Of a stretch of DNA of 64,000 nucleotides, positions 27,971-37,692 are shown in pieces. The stretch spans positions 3,074-67,073 of the IMG/VR virus record IMGVR_UViG_3300025788_000001, one strand, 5' to 3'. The notes under the pieces are model-generated. The model was given only the letters and a program-made list of their open reading frames with translations. It ran no database searches and was not told the DNA's origin. The stretch comes from a virus. Made by a program: the position numbers and the translations under genes. Each line of letters begins with the position of its first letter. Position 1 is the stretch's first letter.

Positions 27971-28114
27971 TTAGACTCCTTTGTGTTTAGGTAGGTTGAT
28001 TACTGCATATACATCTTTGGTTGAAAGACTTAGTTGCCTTGCTATCGCTAGGACTGTGTAGCCGTCACGATATAGGGACATGATGTCCCATGCTTTGTTC
28101 TTGCCCTTGCTCAT
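27971..28114 (-). CDS. 47-aa HTH protein, paralog B (not in ORF track)
   Basis: MSKGKNKAWDIMSLYRDGYTVLAIARQLSLSTKDVYAVINLPKHKGV. Confidence 0.7.
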   Translation of the reverse strand: MSKGKNKAWDIMSLYRDGYTVLAIARQLSLSTKDVYAVINLPKHKGV

Positions 28115-28281
28115 TCGTATTTCCCTTGTTTGTAGGTGTTGCGGTTAAAGGTCATAAACACCTCGCCCATAGTGATGGGCTTGTGGTAGTCAGGTTTGGG
28201 TTTGGTATCGGACAGAATCCTGTCCCGTTGTTGCCTGACCATTTGTCGCATGGCTAGTTGTTGCGCTTTGGTTAAGTGCAT
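28111..28281 (-). CDS. Small hypothetical protein (56 aa, not in ORF track)
   Basis: MHLTKAQQLAMRQMVRQQRDRILSDTK...; AGGAG RBS. Confidence 0.55.
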   Translation of the reverse strand: MHLTKAQQLAMRQMVRQQRDRILSDTKPKPDYHKPITMGEVFMTFNRNTYKQGKYE

Positions 28282-28336
28282 GGTTACTCCTTGATTAGAC
28301 AGAAAATTAAACTGCGATGAAGCCTCGTTGCCACGC

Positions 28337-28840
28337 TTACTTGATAATCCGCATGAACTTGGCTTGCTCGGCTTTACTCAACTGCTCGAACAACTCGACT
28401 ACCTTGTCAACTGTTACCTTGACTTGCTTGAATGACCCTGACTTCTCAGGTCTAACTATGTGACTACGGAACATCTCAGTCGCTGACTTGTATGCGAGTT
28501 GGTGCTCTCTCGTTCTCTCATCACGAGTTTGGGACAGAATCCTGTCCAAGACCTTATCGCTTGGATTACCTAGATAACCCGCAACAAAGTGTCGCACCCA
28601 TTCGTGTCTCCAATCGGCTTGTGCCTCAGGGTCTTCCTTAATGTATTGCTTATGCCATACCTCTGACTCAGCCATACTCATTCGCTTGGCTACTCCCATG
28701 CCGTTAGCGAATACAGCGAATGTAATGTTTGCACCCTTTGGTGCTGTTTGATAAGTAAATGTTAATGCCATGATGTGTAACTCCAATATAAAAAGCCAAG
28801 CGTATCGGCTTGGCAACGAATGAATAGATGTTCTATCCAT
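28337..28840 (-). CDS. Hypothetical protein, first gene of the minus-strand arm
   Basis: ORF from the track; the true start is probably the internal MALTF after GGAG. Confidence 0.6.
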   Translation of the reverse strand: MDRTSIHSLPSRYAWLFILELHIMALTFTYQTAPKGANITFAVFANGMGVAKRMSMAESEVWHKQYIKEDPEAQADWRHEWVRHFVAGYLGNPSDKVLDRILSQTRDERTREHQLAYKSATEMFRSHIVRPEKSGSFKQVKVTVDKVVELFEQLSKAEQAKFMRIIK

Positions 28841-29241
28841 GTAAACAGTATAGCTTTAGGGTCTATTCCCCCCTTCGTAATGGCTATATGGCGACCCCAC
28901 TATGGGGGTATCAACCCTGTTGGAGGGAGTGGTGACATGGTCACTAGATCATTGTTCCTTAACCGCACAGCTAAAAAATGTCAAATCTTGTATAAAATCA
29001 ACAACTTACAGCAAAATTTTATTAAAAATTCATGCACTTCCATGTCTAATATTTGACCAAACATGTGACATCCCCAGTTTCCCAGTTGGTACCTACAGGC
29101 ATAAAACATCTATACATATTGATACCCATATGTATAAAAAATTCCAAAAAATATACATGTCAAATGTTGCAGTGCAATAAAATGTGTAATAAACTACACA
29201 AACCGGGAAAAATGTTTCCCACAATTTACAAAGGACCTACC

Positions 29242-29370
29242 ATGTACGATTTTTTTAAACCCCTCGAGCTAAACAAAACTTACCAGCAAACTGAGAAAGC
29301 AATTAAAGACGCATACCACTTTTGGCTAGACGTTACGATTGACACAATCAAGATGCTAAAAGCTAAGTAA
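29242..29370 (+). CDS. Small protein (42 aa)
   Basis: AAGGA RBS, then MYDFFKPLELNK...; followed by a GC hairpin. Confidence 0.5.
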   Translation: MYDFFKPLELNKTYQQTEKAIKDAYHFWLDVTIDTIKMLKAK

Positions 29371-29406
29371 AAAAAAAAACCCCCGGGGGTTTTAAGTCCG
29401 GGGGCC
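29370..29406. terminator. GC hairpin next to an A-tract; possible terminator
   Basis: Poly-A followed by CCCCCGG...CCGGGGG. Confidence 0.45.
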
Positions 29407-29548
29407 AAACCATCACAACAAAGGAGATTTGCGCATAGCTCAAACGAAGGAGGAAAAGCCACACGCAAAAGAATAGTAACATAAAAAACAAAAACGTTGT
29501 ATACTTCCAACATTCGCTTACCCCAGCGCAACCAAGGAGGTAGTTAGT

Positions 29549-30169
29549 TTGCTTTTAGAGCATTTGGTCTCAGCCGTAGCTGCAGATTATGTACCAGAAA
29601 TTGATTCTGGTGCGGACAACTTTACCCCCCTAGAAGACTTGACTGCCCCCCAAACATTGGGCGCGCAAAAACAAACAGTAGACTGGTTAAACCAATTCTC
29701 CTCCGAAGAGGAAGAAGCCCAGATCCTATCTAATGCCCAAGAACAACAAGTAGCCAACGCATTCGCTGCTTTAACAGCTGGCTCCCCTGACGCAAAAAAC
29801 CAATTACTGAACTTACAAGTCCCTGAAGAAATCACAAACGCCGTGGCTATGGTCACTGGATACCAGTGGGAGTTTGTAAAACAGGCGAATGAGTTGCGTT
29901 CGATGAGCGTGGCAAAGATCGTCAAAGAAACCGACCACCCTGATGCCCGGATACGTCTAAAAGCGTTGGAGTTGCTAGGAAAAGTCACGGAAGTAGCCTT
30001 GTTTACCGAACGCGTAGAAGTAAACCAAAAAGAAATAAGCAATGAGGAACTCGAAAAGCGCATCAGAGAGAAACTATCCAAGTACATGGGTAAAGCAGAC
30101 GTCATTGACGTAGAAGATATCGTCGAAACTAAGGTTGTTGCAGAAAAGCAACGGTATAAAGACGAATGA
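29549..30169 (+). CDS. Putative terminase small subunit
   Basis: Directly upstream of TerL with ATGA overlap; RLKALELLGK helix. Confidence 0.6.
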   Translation: MLLEHLVSAVAADYVPEIDSGADNFTPLEDLTAPQTLGAQKQTVDWLNQFSSEEEEAQILSNAQEQQVANAFAALTAGSPDAKNQLLNLQVPEEITNAVAMVTGYQWEFVKQANELRSMSVAKIVKETDHPDARIRLKALELLGKVTEVALFTERVEVNQKEISNEELEKRIREKLSKYMGKADVIDVEDIVETKVVAEKQRYKDE

Positions 30170-31698
30170 ATCTAGACTTTCTAACTCCACAAGAGGCTCT
30201 CGCCGCGCAATTAGCGCTAAAAGACATGAGTTTGGAAGAGAAGGCGCTCTTTTTAGCGGATTTAGAAGAGCAAGAGCACCGCATGCACTTAAATCAGGCA
30301 CAAAATAAGCCGCTGGAGTTCGCGAAAGCAGTATACCCAGGCTTTAAGATAGGGCCCCAGCACCGCAAACTAGCTAAAATCTTCCAGGATGTTGTGGAGG
30401 GGCGAAAAAAGCGCGTAATTATTAATATTGCACCACGTATGGGCAAATCAGAGTTTTCGTCCTACCTGTTTCCGGCATACTTTCTAGGTCAATACCCCGA
30501 GAAGAAAATCATTATGGCCACGCATACCGCGGGGCTCTCGGAAGACTTTGGACGGAGAGTGAGGAACTTAATTGACTCAGATGATTACAGAGCAGTCTTC
30601 CCAAACACGGTCGTTGCCGACGACCAAAAGGCTGCGGGTAAGTGGAGCACATCTGCTGGTGGGCAGTATTATGCTGCTGGTGTCGGGGGTGCCTTGGCAG
30701 GACGAGGCGCTGACTTGTTTGTTATTGATGACCCTCATTCTGAACAGGACATGAAAGCGAATTCAAGGCTAGCGTTTGATAACGCCTGGTCTTGGTTCCA
30801 AACTGGCCCACTACAACGTTTAATGCCGGGGGGTGCGATCATAGTAATTATGACTCGCTGGTCTTTGCTCGATTTAACTGGGCGGATCATTGACTACAAT
30901 ATAAAAAACCCGCACACGACCCCTTGGGAGATTGTAGAACTGCCCGCTATCCTTAACGAAGATACAGACGCAGAAAAATCCCTTTGGCCAGAACAATGGC
31001 CCCTCGAAACACTGAAAGCTACAAAGGCAGTACTAGATCCTCGTTATTGGAATGCCCAGTATATGCAGAACCCGACTAGCGATATGAGCGCTGTTGTTGG
31101 AAGAAAAGACTGGATGATATGGGAAAAAGATGACCCGCCTACTGTAGAGTATATTATTCAAAGCTGGGATACGGCGTTTGAAACTAAGACAACATCTGAC
31201 TACTCCGCATGTACAACGTGGGGGGTTTGGTATAACGAGGAGGATGGGAACTCACCCAATTTAATCTTACTCGACGCCTTTAAAGACCGAATGGCATTTC
31301 CAGAACTAAAACAAGTAGCGCTAAAGCACTACAAGGAATGGAAGCCCGATGCGTTTATTGTGGAGAAAAAAGCTTCAGGTGCCCCGTTGATCCAGGAACT
31401 TAGGATGATGGGGATACCAGTACAGGAGACCAACCCTTCCCGTGGAAATGATAAGATGGTTCGCTTGAATGCCGTAGCTGATCTTTTTACTAGCGGGAAG
31501 GTTTGGGCGCCCGATAGGCGGTGGGCCCGGGATGTAATAGAAGAATTGGCATCGTTCCCAGTTGGCGAGCATGATGACTTTGTGGATACGACAACTCAGG
31601 CACTTTTGCGGTACCGCCAGGGCGGGTTCATTAGTTTGGACACCGACGAGAAAGATGATTTGCAGTACAAGTACAGACGGAAGGCGGCATACTACTAA
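30166..31698 (+). CDS. terL: Terminase large subunit
   Basis: APRMGKS Walker A, VIDD Walker B, MTRW, SWDTA, HDDFVD nuclease motif. Confidence 0.92.
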   Translation: MNLDFLTPQEALAAQLALKDMSLEEKALFLADLEEQEHRMHLNQAQNKPLEFAKAVYPGFKIGPQHRKLAKIFQDVVEGRKKRVIINIAPRMGKSEFSSYLFPAYFLGQYPEKKIIMATHTAGLSEDFGRRVRNLIDSDDYRAVFPNTVVADDQKAAGKWSTSAGGQYYAAGVGGALAGRGADLFVIDDPHSEQDMKANSRLAFDNAWSWFQTGPLQRLMPGGAIIVIMTRWSLLDLTGRIIDYNIKNPHTTPWEIVELPAILNEDTDAEKSLWPEQWPLETLKATKAVLDPRYWNAQYMQNPTSDMSAVVGRKDWMIWEKDDPPTVEYIIQSWDTAFETKTTSDYSACTTWGVWYNEEDGNSPNLILLDAFKDRMAFPELKQVALKHYKEWKPDAFIVEKKASGAPLIQELRMMGIPVQETNPSRGNDKMVRLNAVADLFTSGKVWAPDRRWARDVIEELASFPVGEHDDFVDTTTQALLRYRQGGFISLDTDEKDDLQYKYRRKAAYY

Positions 31699-31934
31699 TG
31701 TTTAAATTCATAAAGCGGTGGTGGAAAGTTAAAAAAATGTCCCGCGCTATCTGGCGTCAGGTTAAAATCGAGCAAACTTGTACTTTTATGTATGTAGCTG
31801 AACCTGTTGAGCGCGTACACGAGTGCTTAAAAGAATTTGGGCTTACGGATAAAGATATGCAGGCAAAATGTATGTCGTCTTTACCACCAGCGCGAAACAA
31901 TAATGTAATTAAGGAAGACATAACATGCCAGTAG
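31698..31934 (+). CDS. Hypothetical protein
   Basis: Coupled ORF between terL and portal. Confidence 0.45.
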   Translation: MFKFIKRWWKVKKMSRAIWRQVKIEQTCTFMYVAEPVERVHECLKEFGLTDKDMQAKCMSSLPPARNNNVIKEDITCQ

Positions 31935-34432
31935 ATAAAGGTTTATACCAAGCGCCGAAAGGCCTAGAACAACTGACTCAGAACGAGCCAGATATTGAAA
32001 TCGAAATTGAAGACCCAGAAGCGGTTCATATTAACGGTGATGGCTTTGAGCTAGATATCGAAAAAATGGACGAAGTTGACGGTAGCGAAGAGTTCAATAT
32101 GAACTTAGCCGAAGAACTTGATGCTGGCGCCCTTGAAACGATTGCCGGTGATCTGGCCTCTGACATCGAAAACGATTTGGCTTCCCGCAAAGACTGGGAG
32201 CAGATGTACAAAGACGGTATTACATTGCTTGGTCTGAAGTTTGAAGAACGCGTAGAACCTTGGGATGGCGCTTGTGGTGTATTCCACCCAATGATTACAG
32301 AAGCCGTAGTTCGTTTCCAATCAGAAACAATTATGGAGACTTTCCCTGCTAAGGGCCCAGTCCGTACACAGATTATCGGTAAAGAGACCCGCGAAAAGAT
32401 GGAAGCGGCACAGCGTGTAGAAGCTGACATGAATTACCAGCTTACAGAAAAGATGCCTGAGTTCAGGAATGAGCACGAGCGTATGCTGTGGAATCTGCCA
32501 TCTGCAGGTTCTGCGTTTAAAAAGGTGTACTTTGATCCGTCTATTGACCGTCAGGTTTCAATGTTTATTCCGGCAGAAGATATCATTTTGCCATATGGAG
32601 CTAGCGAAATTGCCTCTTGCCACCGCGTTACACACCGTATGCGCAAGACTAAGCAGGACTTGATCAAGCTACAGCGCGCTGGCTTTTACACCGATGTTGA
32701 GCTTGGGGAGCCACAAAAGTTCCGTACCGAGATTCAAGAGAAGAAAGATAAAGAAACTGGCTTTACTGCTAGCTACGATGATCGCTTTGAGCTGTACGAA
32801 GTACATGCTGATTTAGATTTACCTGGTTTTGAAGATAAGGACGATAGTGGTGAAGAAACAGGAATTGCTCTCCCGTATGTGGTTACAATGGTACGCGGCA
32901 CGAATCAGGTTTTGGCGGTTCGTAGAAACTGGAAAGAAGAAGATCCGCTGCGTCTTAAACGCCAGCACTTTGTCCACTACCAATATATTCCTGGTTATGG
33001 CGCTTACGGTTTCGGCCTTTTCCATCTTGTTGGCGGTTTTGCTAAATCAGCCACTTCCATCCTGCGACAGCTTGTCGATGCCGGAACCCTATCGAATCTG
33101 CCGGGTGGTTTAAAATCCCGTGGTCTTCGCATTAAAGGTGATGACACTCCAATTGCTCCAGGTGAATTCCGTGACGTAGATGTTGGTTCAGGAACTATTC
33201 GCGACAACATCCTACCACTTCCATACAAAGAACCCTCTGCAGTTTTAGCTGGTTTAATGGACAAAATCATTGAGGAAGGCCGCCGCTTTGCAGCTACTTC
33301 GGATATGCAGGTATCTGACATGTCGGCTAATGCCCCTGTTGGAACTACACTAGCGATTCTCGAAAGAACCTTAAAAGTCATGTCAGCTGTTCAGGCGCGA
33401 GTGCATTATGCGCTGCGTCAAGAATTAAAACTAATTGCCGGTATTATTCGGGATTACACAGACGATGACTATACCTACGAGCCAGAACATGGCGACATGC
33501 AGGTTAAAAAATCTGATTACAAACACGTAGACATCCTACCAGTATCAGATCCAAACGCGGCCACACTATCTCAGCGTGTTGTCCAGTACCAGGCAGTTAT
33601 TCAATTAGCCCAGTCAGCTCCACAGATTTACAACTTACCAGAACTTCATCGCCAGATGCTAGACGTGCTTGGCATTAAGAACGCTGACAAACTTGTGCCA
33701 TTGGATGATGACCAGAAACCGAAAGACCCAGTAACAGAAAACATGGCTGCTCTAAAAGGCAAGCCAATGAAAGCGTTTATGTTCCAGGATCACCAGGCCC
33801 ATATTCAGGTACACCAGATGGCTATGCAAGACCCAATCGTTCAACAACTTGTTGGGCAAAACCCACAGGCGCAAGCAATTATGGGCGCAATGCAGGCTCA
33901 TATAGCAGAACACGTTGGGTATGCATACCGTCAGAAGATCGAAGAGGCTATGGGCGCATCACTCCCATCACCGAAAGAAGAGCTTTCACCAGATTTGGAA
34001 GTTGAATTGTCTCGTTTGATTGCCCAAGCAGCTCCGCAAGTACTGGCTCAATCTCAAGCTATGGCTGCTCAACAGCAAGCCCAGCAAAATGCGAAAGATC
34101 CTGTAATGCAAGCTGAGTTAATTGACCAGCAAGTTAAGCAGGGCGAGCTGGAGCGTAAGAAGGCTAAAGACCAAACCGATGCACAGTTTAAACAACAAGA
34201 GCTCGCACTTAAAGCGCAGGAGCTTCAGTCCAAGAAAGTACAGGCTGGGGTCGATACCGCCACAACATTTATCAATAATCAGCAGCAACACCAAGCTAAT
34301 AAACGCCAGACATTGACTAGCGGGGCCTTGCAATTAGCCCAACTAGCTCAGCAAGATAAAGAGCACAGGCTTAATACAGCAGTAACCCTAAACCAACAGC
34401 AACAAACACCTAAGGAGAGTAAAACCAAATGA
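31925..34432 (+). CDS. Portal protein
   Basis: 835 aa after terL; GSAFKKVY; Q-rich C-terminal coil like P22-type portals. Confidence 0.85.
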   Translation: MPVDKGLYQAPKGLEQLTQNEPDIEIEIEDPEAVHINGDGFELDIEKMDEVDGSEEFNMNLAEELDAGALETIAGDLASDIENDLASRKDWEQMYKDGITLLGLKFEERVEPWDGACGVFHPMITEAVVRFQSETIMETFPAKGPVRTQIIGKETREKMEAAQRVEADMNYQLTEKMPEFRNEHERMLWNLPSAGSAFKKVYFDPSIDRQVSMFIPAEDIILPYGASEIASCHRVTHRMRKTKQDLIKLQRAGFYTDVELGEPQKFRTEIQEKKDKETGFTASYDDRFELYEVHADLDLPGFEDKDDSGEETGIALPYVVTMVRGTNQVLAVRRNWKEEDPLRLKRQHFVHYQYIPGYGAYGFGLFHLVGGFAKSATSILRQLVDAGTLSNLPGGLKSRGLRIKGDDTPIAPGEFRDVDVGSGTIRDNILPLPYKEPSAVLAGLMDKIIEEGRRFAATSDMQVSDMSANAPVGTTLAILERTLKVMSAVQARVHYALRQELKLIAGIIRDYTDDDYTYEPEHGDMQVKKSDYKHVDILPVSDPNAATLSQRVVQYQAVIQLAQSAPQIYNLPELHRQMLDVLGIKNADKLVPLDDDQKPKDPVTENMAALKGKPMKAFMFQDHQAHIQVHQMAMQDPIVQQLVGQNPQAQAIMGAMQAHIAEHVGYAYRQKIEEAMGASLPSPKEELSPDLEVELSRLIAQAAPQVLAQSQAMAAQQQAQQNAKDPVMQAELIDQQVKQGELERKKAKDQTDAQFKQQELALKAQELQSKKVQAGVDTATTFINNQQQHQANKRQTLTSGALQLAQLAQQDKEHRLNTAVTLNQQQQTPKESKTK

Positions 34433-34638
34433 TGGATCTACTAACGGCTGATTTCATAGCCGCAATGCGTGACAAGTTGCGCACAGATATGAATAACTAC
34501 ACTGACGATTTGGCAAACGGGCAGTGTACAAGTTTTGAGCAGTACAGAGAGCTCTGCGGTGTAATTCGAGGCCTAGCATTTGCAGAGCGCCATTTATTCG
34601 ACCTCGCTGACAATATGAAAGAAGACAACGATGAGTGA
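34429..34638 (+). CDS. Hypothetical protein
   Basis: YRELCGVIRGL; AGGAG RBS. Confidence 0.65.
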   Translation: MMDLLTADFIAAMRDKLRTDMNNYTDDLANGQCTSFEQYRELCGVIRGLAFAERHLFDLADNMKEDNDE

Positions 34639-35095
34639 AACCATCGCTTTGCCCCCACAAGGGTTTGTATTACCGGATGGCAGTATGCATTCGCTTGACG
34701 CAGTAGACGTAGAAGTAAATGAAGTAGCTGAGCCAACACCCGAAGAAATCCAGGTGCAAATGGCCCGCCAGCTACCTGAACCACGTGGTTGGAGAATGCT
34801 GTGTTCGCTGGTTACAGCCACAGACCAATACGATAGCGGCATTGTTAAGGCTGATGAGACTAAGAAGATTGAGGAGCTAACTTCCCCAGTTTTATTTGTT
34901 TTGAAGCTAGGCGATCTAGCCTATAAAGATGAAGCTAAATTTCCAACAGGTGCTTGGTGTAAAGAGGGTGATTTTGTTATTACCCGCCCTTATACAGGTA
35001 CTAGGATCATGATTTACGGAAAAGAGTTTCGTGTTATTTATGACGACCAAGTAGAAGCAGTTGTCGAGGACCCGAGGGGGATCGCGCGTGCGTAA
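34631..35095 (+). CDS. groES: GroES-like co-chaperonin
   Basis: PRGWRML, SGIV mobile loop, KEGDFV, YTGT, FRVIYDDQVEAVV. Confidence 0.8.
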   Translation: MSETIALPPQGFVLPDGSMHSLDAVDVEVNEVAEPTPEEIQVQMARQLPEPRGWRMLCSLVTATDQYDSGIVKADETKKIEELTSPVLFVLKLGDLAYKDEAKFPTGAWCKEGDFVITRPYTGTRIMIYGKEFRVIYDDQVEAVVEDPRGIARA

Positions 35096-35540
35096 TAGAA
35101 CCGAATATCTTAGAGCTTGGAGAGCAGCAAACCCCGAAAAGGTTAAAGCGGCTAAACGAAAGTATTACTCTTCTGAAAAAGGTAAAGCACAAAAACGGAA
35201 GGAAGACGCAGCCTATGTAGCAGCTGGCGGTCGAGCTAAAGCAGAATTACGTAGAAGTGCTAAGCCGCTTTCTGAAACTAGAAAACAAGCAAAACTTAGA
35301 TACCAGCTAGTTCGCCGTAGTTTTGAAAAAAATTTAGCAGAGCTTGATAGGCTAGTTCTTACTGAAGCGGTAGATCTTATGCGTAAGCGAAGTGCTATTA
35401 CGGGCTTTTCTTGGCATGTAGATCATATTGTTCCGGTATCAAAAGGCGGAACAAGTAGTGCTAATAACCTGCAAGTTGTACCGGCTTTATGGAATCGCAA
35501 GAAATCCAACGCGCACACCGAACGCTTTTTCGGTGCTTAA
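35088..35540 (+). CDS. HNH endonuclease
   Basis: WHVDHIVPVSKGGTSSANNLQVV..N..K; GTG start after GAGGGG. Confidence 0.8.
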   Translation: MRNRTEYLRAWRAANPEKVKAAKRKYYSSEKGKAQKRKEDAAYVAAGGRAKAELRRSAKPLSETRKQAKLRYQLVRRSFEKNLAELDRLVLTEAVDLMRKRSAITGFSWHVDHIVPVSKGGTSSANNLQVVPALWNRKKSNAHTERFFGA

Positions 35541-35554
35541 AATAAGGAGCAATT

Positions 35555-36526
35555 ATGGTTTACAAATTCCCAGACGAAGACGGAAGCTTTGATGAAAAGC
35601 CAGAAGTCGAGTTAGATGTAACTGCTGAAGGCGATGTTGTTGAGGCGGATATTGTTGTTGAAGACGATACTCCTGAACAAGATCGAAAGGCGCAGCCCCT
35701 AAACCGTGATGTAGAAGATCCCTCGGATGAAGAGATTGAGGGCTATACAAAAGGTGTTCAATCGCGCATTAAAGAGCTAACGCATGCCCGTCATGACGAG
35801 CGTAGAGCCAAAGAAAAGGCCGAACGTGAGAAAGAAGAAGCAATTCGTCTAGCTCAACATGCTATGGAAGAGAACAAGAAACTGAAGCAGTACGTTCAGA
35901 CTGGTGAGACTTCCTACCAAGAGATGATGCGCGAAAAAGCCGAGGCTGAGCTTAATAATGCACGTGATAAGTTTAAGAAAGCGTCTGAAGACTACGACTC
36001 CGAGGCATTGCTTGCCGCCCAAGAAGCGTTGACTGAAGCGAAGATGAAAATTGAAGCTGCAAAAAATTTCCGTCCAAGTACTTTACAAACTCAAGAAAAT
36101 GATGTACAAATACAACATACGGCTCCAGATGTACCCAAGCCCGACGAAAAAACTCTGCGCTGGCAGGCAAAAAACCAGTGGTTCGGATCGCCGGGGTACG
36201 AAGAGGTGACAGCCTTTGCATTAGGCTTGCATCAGAAATTGGTGGCCACGGGTTACGATCCGCGTAGTGAAGAATATTTCGAGAAAATTAATTCTCGCTT
36301 AAAGTCTGTGTTCCCTGATTTACTTCAGGATGACGAGCCAGCTAGCCGTAGAACCGGTGAACCTAGTAAAAAGCCGGCAACAGTCGTGGCTTCTGCTACC
36401 CGTTCAACGGGGGCAAAAAAAACTATCCGACTTACATCCACCCAAGCAGCACTGGCTGATAAGTTAGGTATTTCACGTGAATTGTATGCTAAGGAATTTT
36501 TAAAACAGGAGGCCCGTAATGGCTAA
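35555..36526 (+). CDS. Capsid scaffolding protein
   Basis: Acidic N-terminus, coiled coil, C-terminal LADKLGIS.E.YAK; lies before the capsid genes. Confidence 0.7.
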   Translation: MVYKFPDEDGSFDEKPEVELDVTAEGDVVEADIVVEDDTPEQDRKAQPLNRDVEDPSDEEIEGYTKGVQSRIKELTHARHDERRAKEKAEREKEEAIRLAQHAMEENKKLKQYVQTGETSYQEMMREKAEAELNNARDKFKKASEDYDSEALLAAQEALTEAKMKIEAAKNFRPSTLQTQENDVQIQHTAPDVPKPDEKTLRWQAKNQWFGSPGYEEVTAFALGLHQKLVATGYDPRSEEYFEKINSRLKSVFPDLLQDDEPASRRTGEPSKKPATVVASATRSTGAKKTIRLTSTQAALADKLGISRELYAKEFLKQEARNG

Positions 36527-36971
36527 TACTCGTAAAACGCGCGATGGCGAGAATCGCGAAACAGCTTCAACCCGTCCAATCTACCGCCCAGCGGCTACTC
36601 TGCCTGATCCTACTCCAGAATCTGGTTATAGCTTCAGATGGGTTGCTAAAGAGGTATTAGGACAAGCGGTACCAACTAACGTATCCCAAAAGTTTCGTGA
36701 TGGTTGGGTACCGGTTAAAGCTGAGGATCACCCCGAACTTATGATTGTGGGTGATGCAAATGGAAACGTTGAAATCGGTGGTTTGATCTTGTGTAAGATC
36801 TTAACAGAGCACCTCGCAGCACAAAAAGAGTACTACGAGTCGCAAGCACAAAATCAGATGGATTCGGTTGATAACCATTTCATGCGTAATAACGATGCAC
36901 GTATGCCTTTGTATAGTGAGCGTAAAAGCACAGTAAGTAAAGGTGGTGGCTTCGGGAGTGGTTCACGTTAA
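36519..36971 (+). CDS. Head-module hypothetical protein
   Basis: FRWV..GWVPV..GGLILCKI. Confidence 0.7.
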   Translation: MANTRKTRDGENRETASTRPIYRPAATLPDPTPESGYSFRWVAKEVLGQAVPTNVSQKFRDGWVPVKAEDHPELMIVGDANGNVEIGGLILCKILTEHLAAQKEYYESQAQNQMDSVDNHFMRNNDARMPLYSERKSTVSKGGGFGSGSR

Positions 36972-36993
36972 TTAACTTTTTAGGAGGCTTTAA

Positions 36994-37677
36994 ATGGCTA
37001 CAGTATCCAGTCCTTATGGACTAAAGCCGATCAGCCTGATCGGTGGGCAATCCTTTACTGGCGGCACAATTCGCGAGTATCAGTTGACCTATAACAACAC
37101 AGCACCAATTTTTACTGGTGACTTAGTGCAACTTGGCACAACCAGCAATTTACCTGGTATGCCTATTGTTGTTTCTTCAACCCCAACAACCAGTTCTACT
37201 GGTATTGCTGGCGTTTGCGTAGGCGTACGTTATCAATTAGCAGGTCAACAACTAGGCTACCCTTTGTATGCTCAGTATTTGCCAGCTAACGCGATCACTG
37301 CAGGATATACAAACGTATTTATCCGTGTAATCGAAGACCCAGATCAGTTGTATCAAGTACAAGCTGCTGGTTCTGTAACTTATACCTCTATTGGTAAAAC
37401 TGCTGCTTTAGGCAACTTTACTGGTGGTACAAGCTCTGCAACTGGTAACACAACATCTGGTGATTCAGTAATCAACGTAACTGGCTCTTTGAGTTCAGGC
37501 GTGTTGACTGTTGCTAACACCTCCGCTCTTGCTGTTAAGATTGTTGACTTGGTTAACTCCAGCTCTACATTCGGCGGCAATTTCCCTTCTAACCCCGGTG
37601 ATGCATACACTGATTTGATCGTCAAGTTAAACTTTGGCGTACATCAGTACTATCAATCCGCTGGTACAGCTAACTAA
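36994..37677 (+). CDS. Capsid decoration/minor capsid protein
   Basis: Strong AGGAGG RBS, beta-rich, immediately before the MCP. Confidence 0.6.
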   Translation: MATVSSPYGLKPISLIGGQSFTGGTIREYQLTYNNTAPIFTGDLVQLGTTSNLPGMPIVVSSTPTTSSTGIAGVCVGVRYQLAGQQLGYPLYAQYLPANAITAGYTNVFIRVIEDPDQLYQVQAAGSVTYTSIGKTAALGNFTGGTSSATGNTTSGDSVINVTGSLSSGVLTVANTSALAVKIVDLVNSSSTFGGNFPSNPGDAYTDLIVKLNFGVHQYYQSAGTAN

Positions 37678-37692
37678 TAAAGGAGCTATAAC

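Larger units (their letters stand above)
24198..28548. promoter_or_regulatory. Eight palindromic 18-bp sites, consensus GGGACAG-AAWC-CTGTCCC
   Basis: Copies start at 24198, 25739, 26566, 26729, 27188, 27541, 28209 and 28531. Confidence 0.8.

Noticed and set aside
24198-28548. LexA/SOS boxes
   Set aside because: Half-site order and spacing (ACAG-N4-CTGT) differ from CTGT-N8-ACAG.
36082-36110. Internal promoter in the scaffold gene (TTTACA-17-TACAAA)
   Set aside because: The -10 match is weak and cannot be supported from sequence alone.
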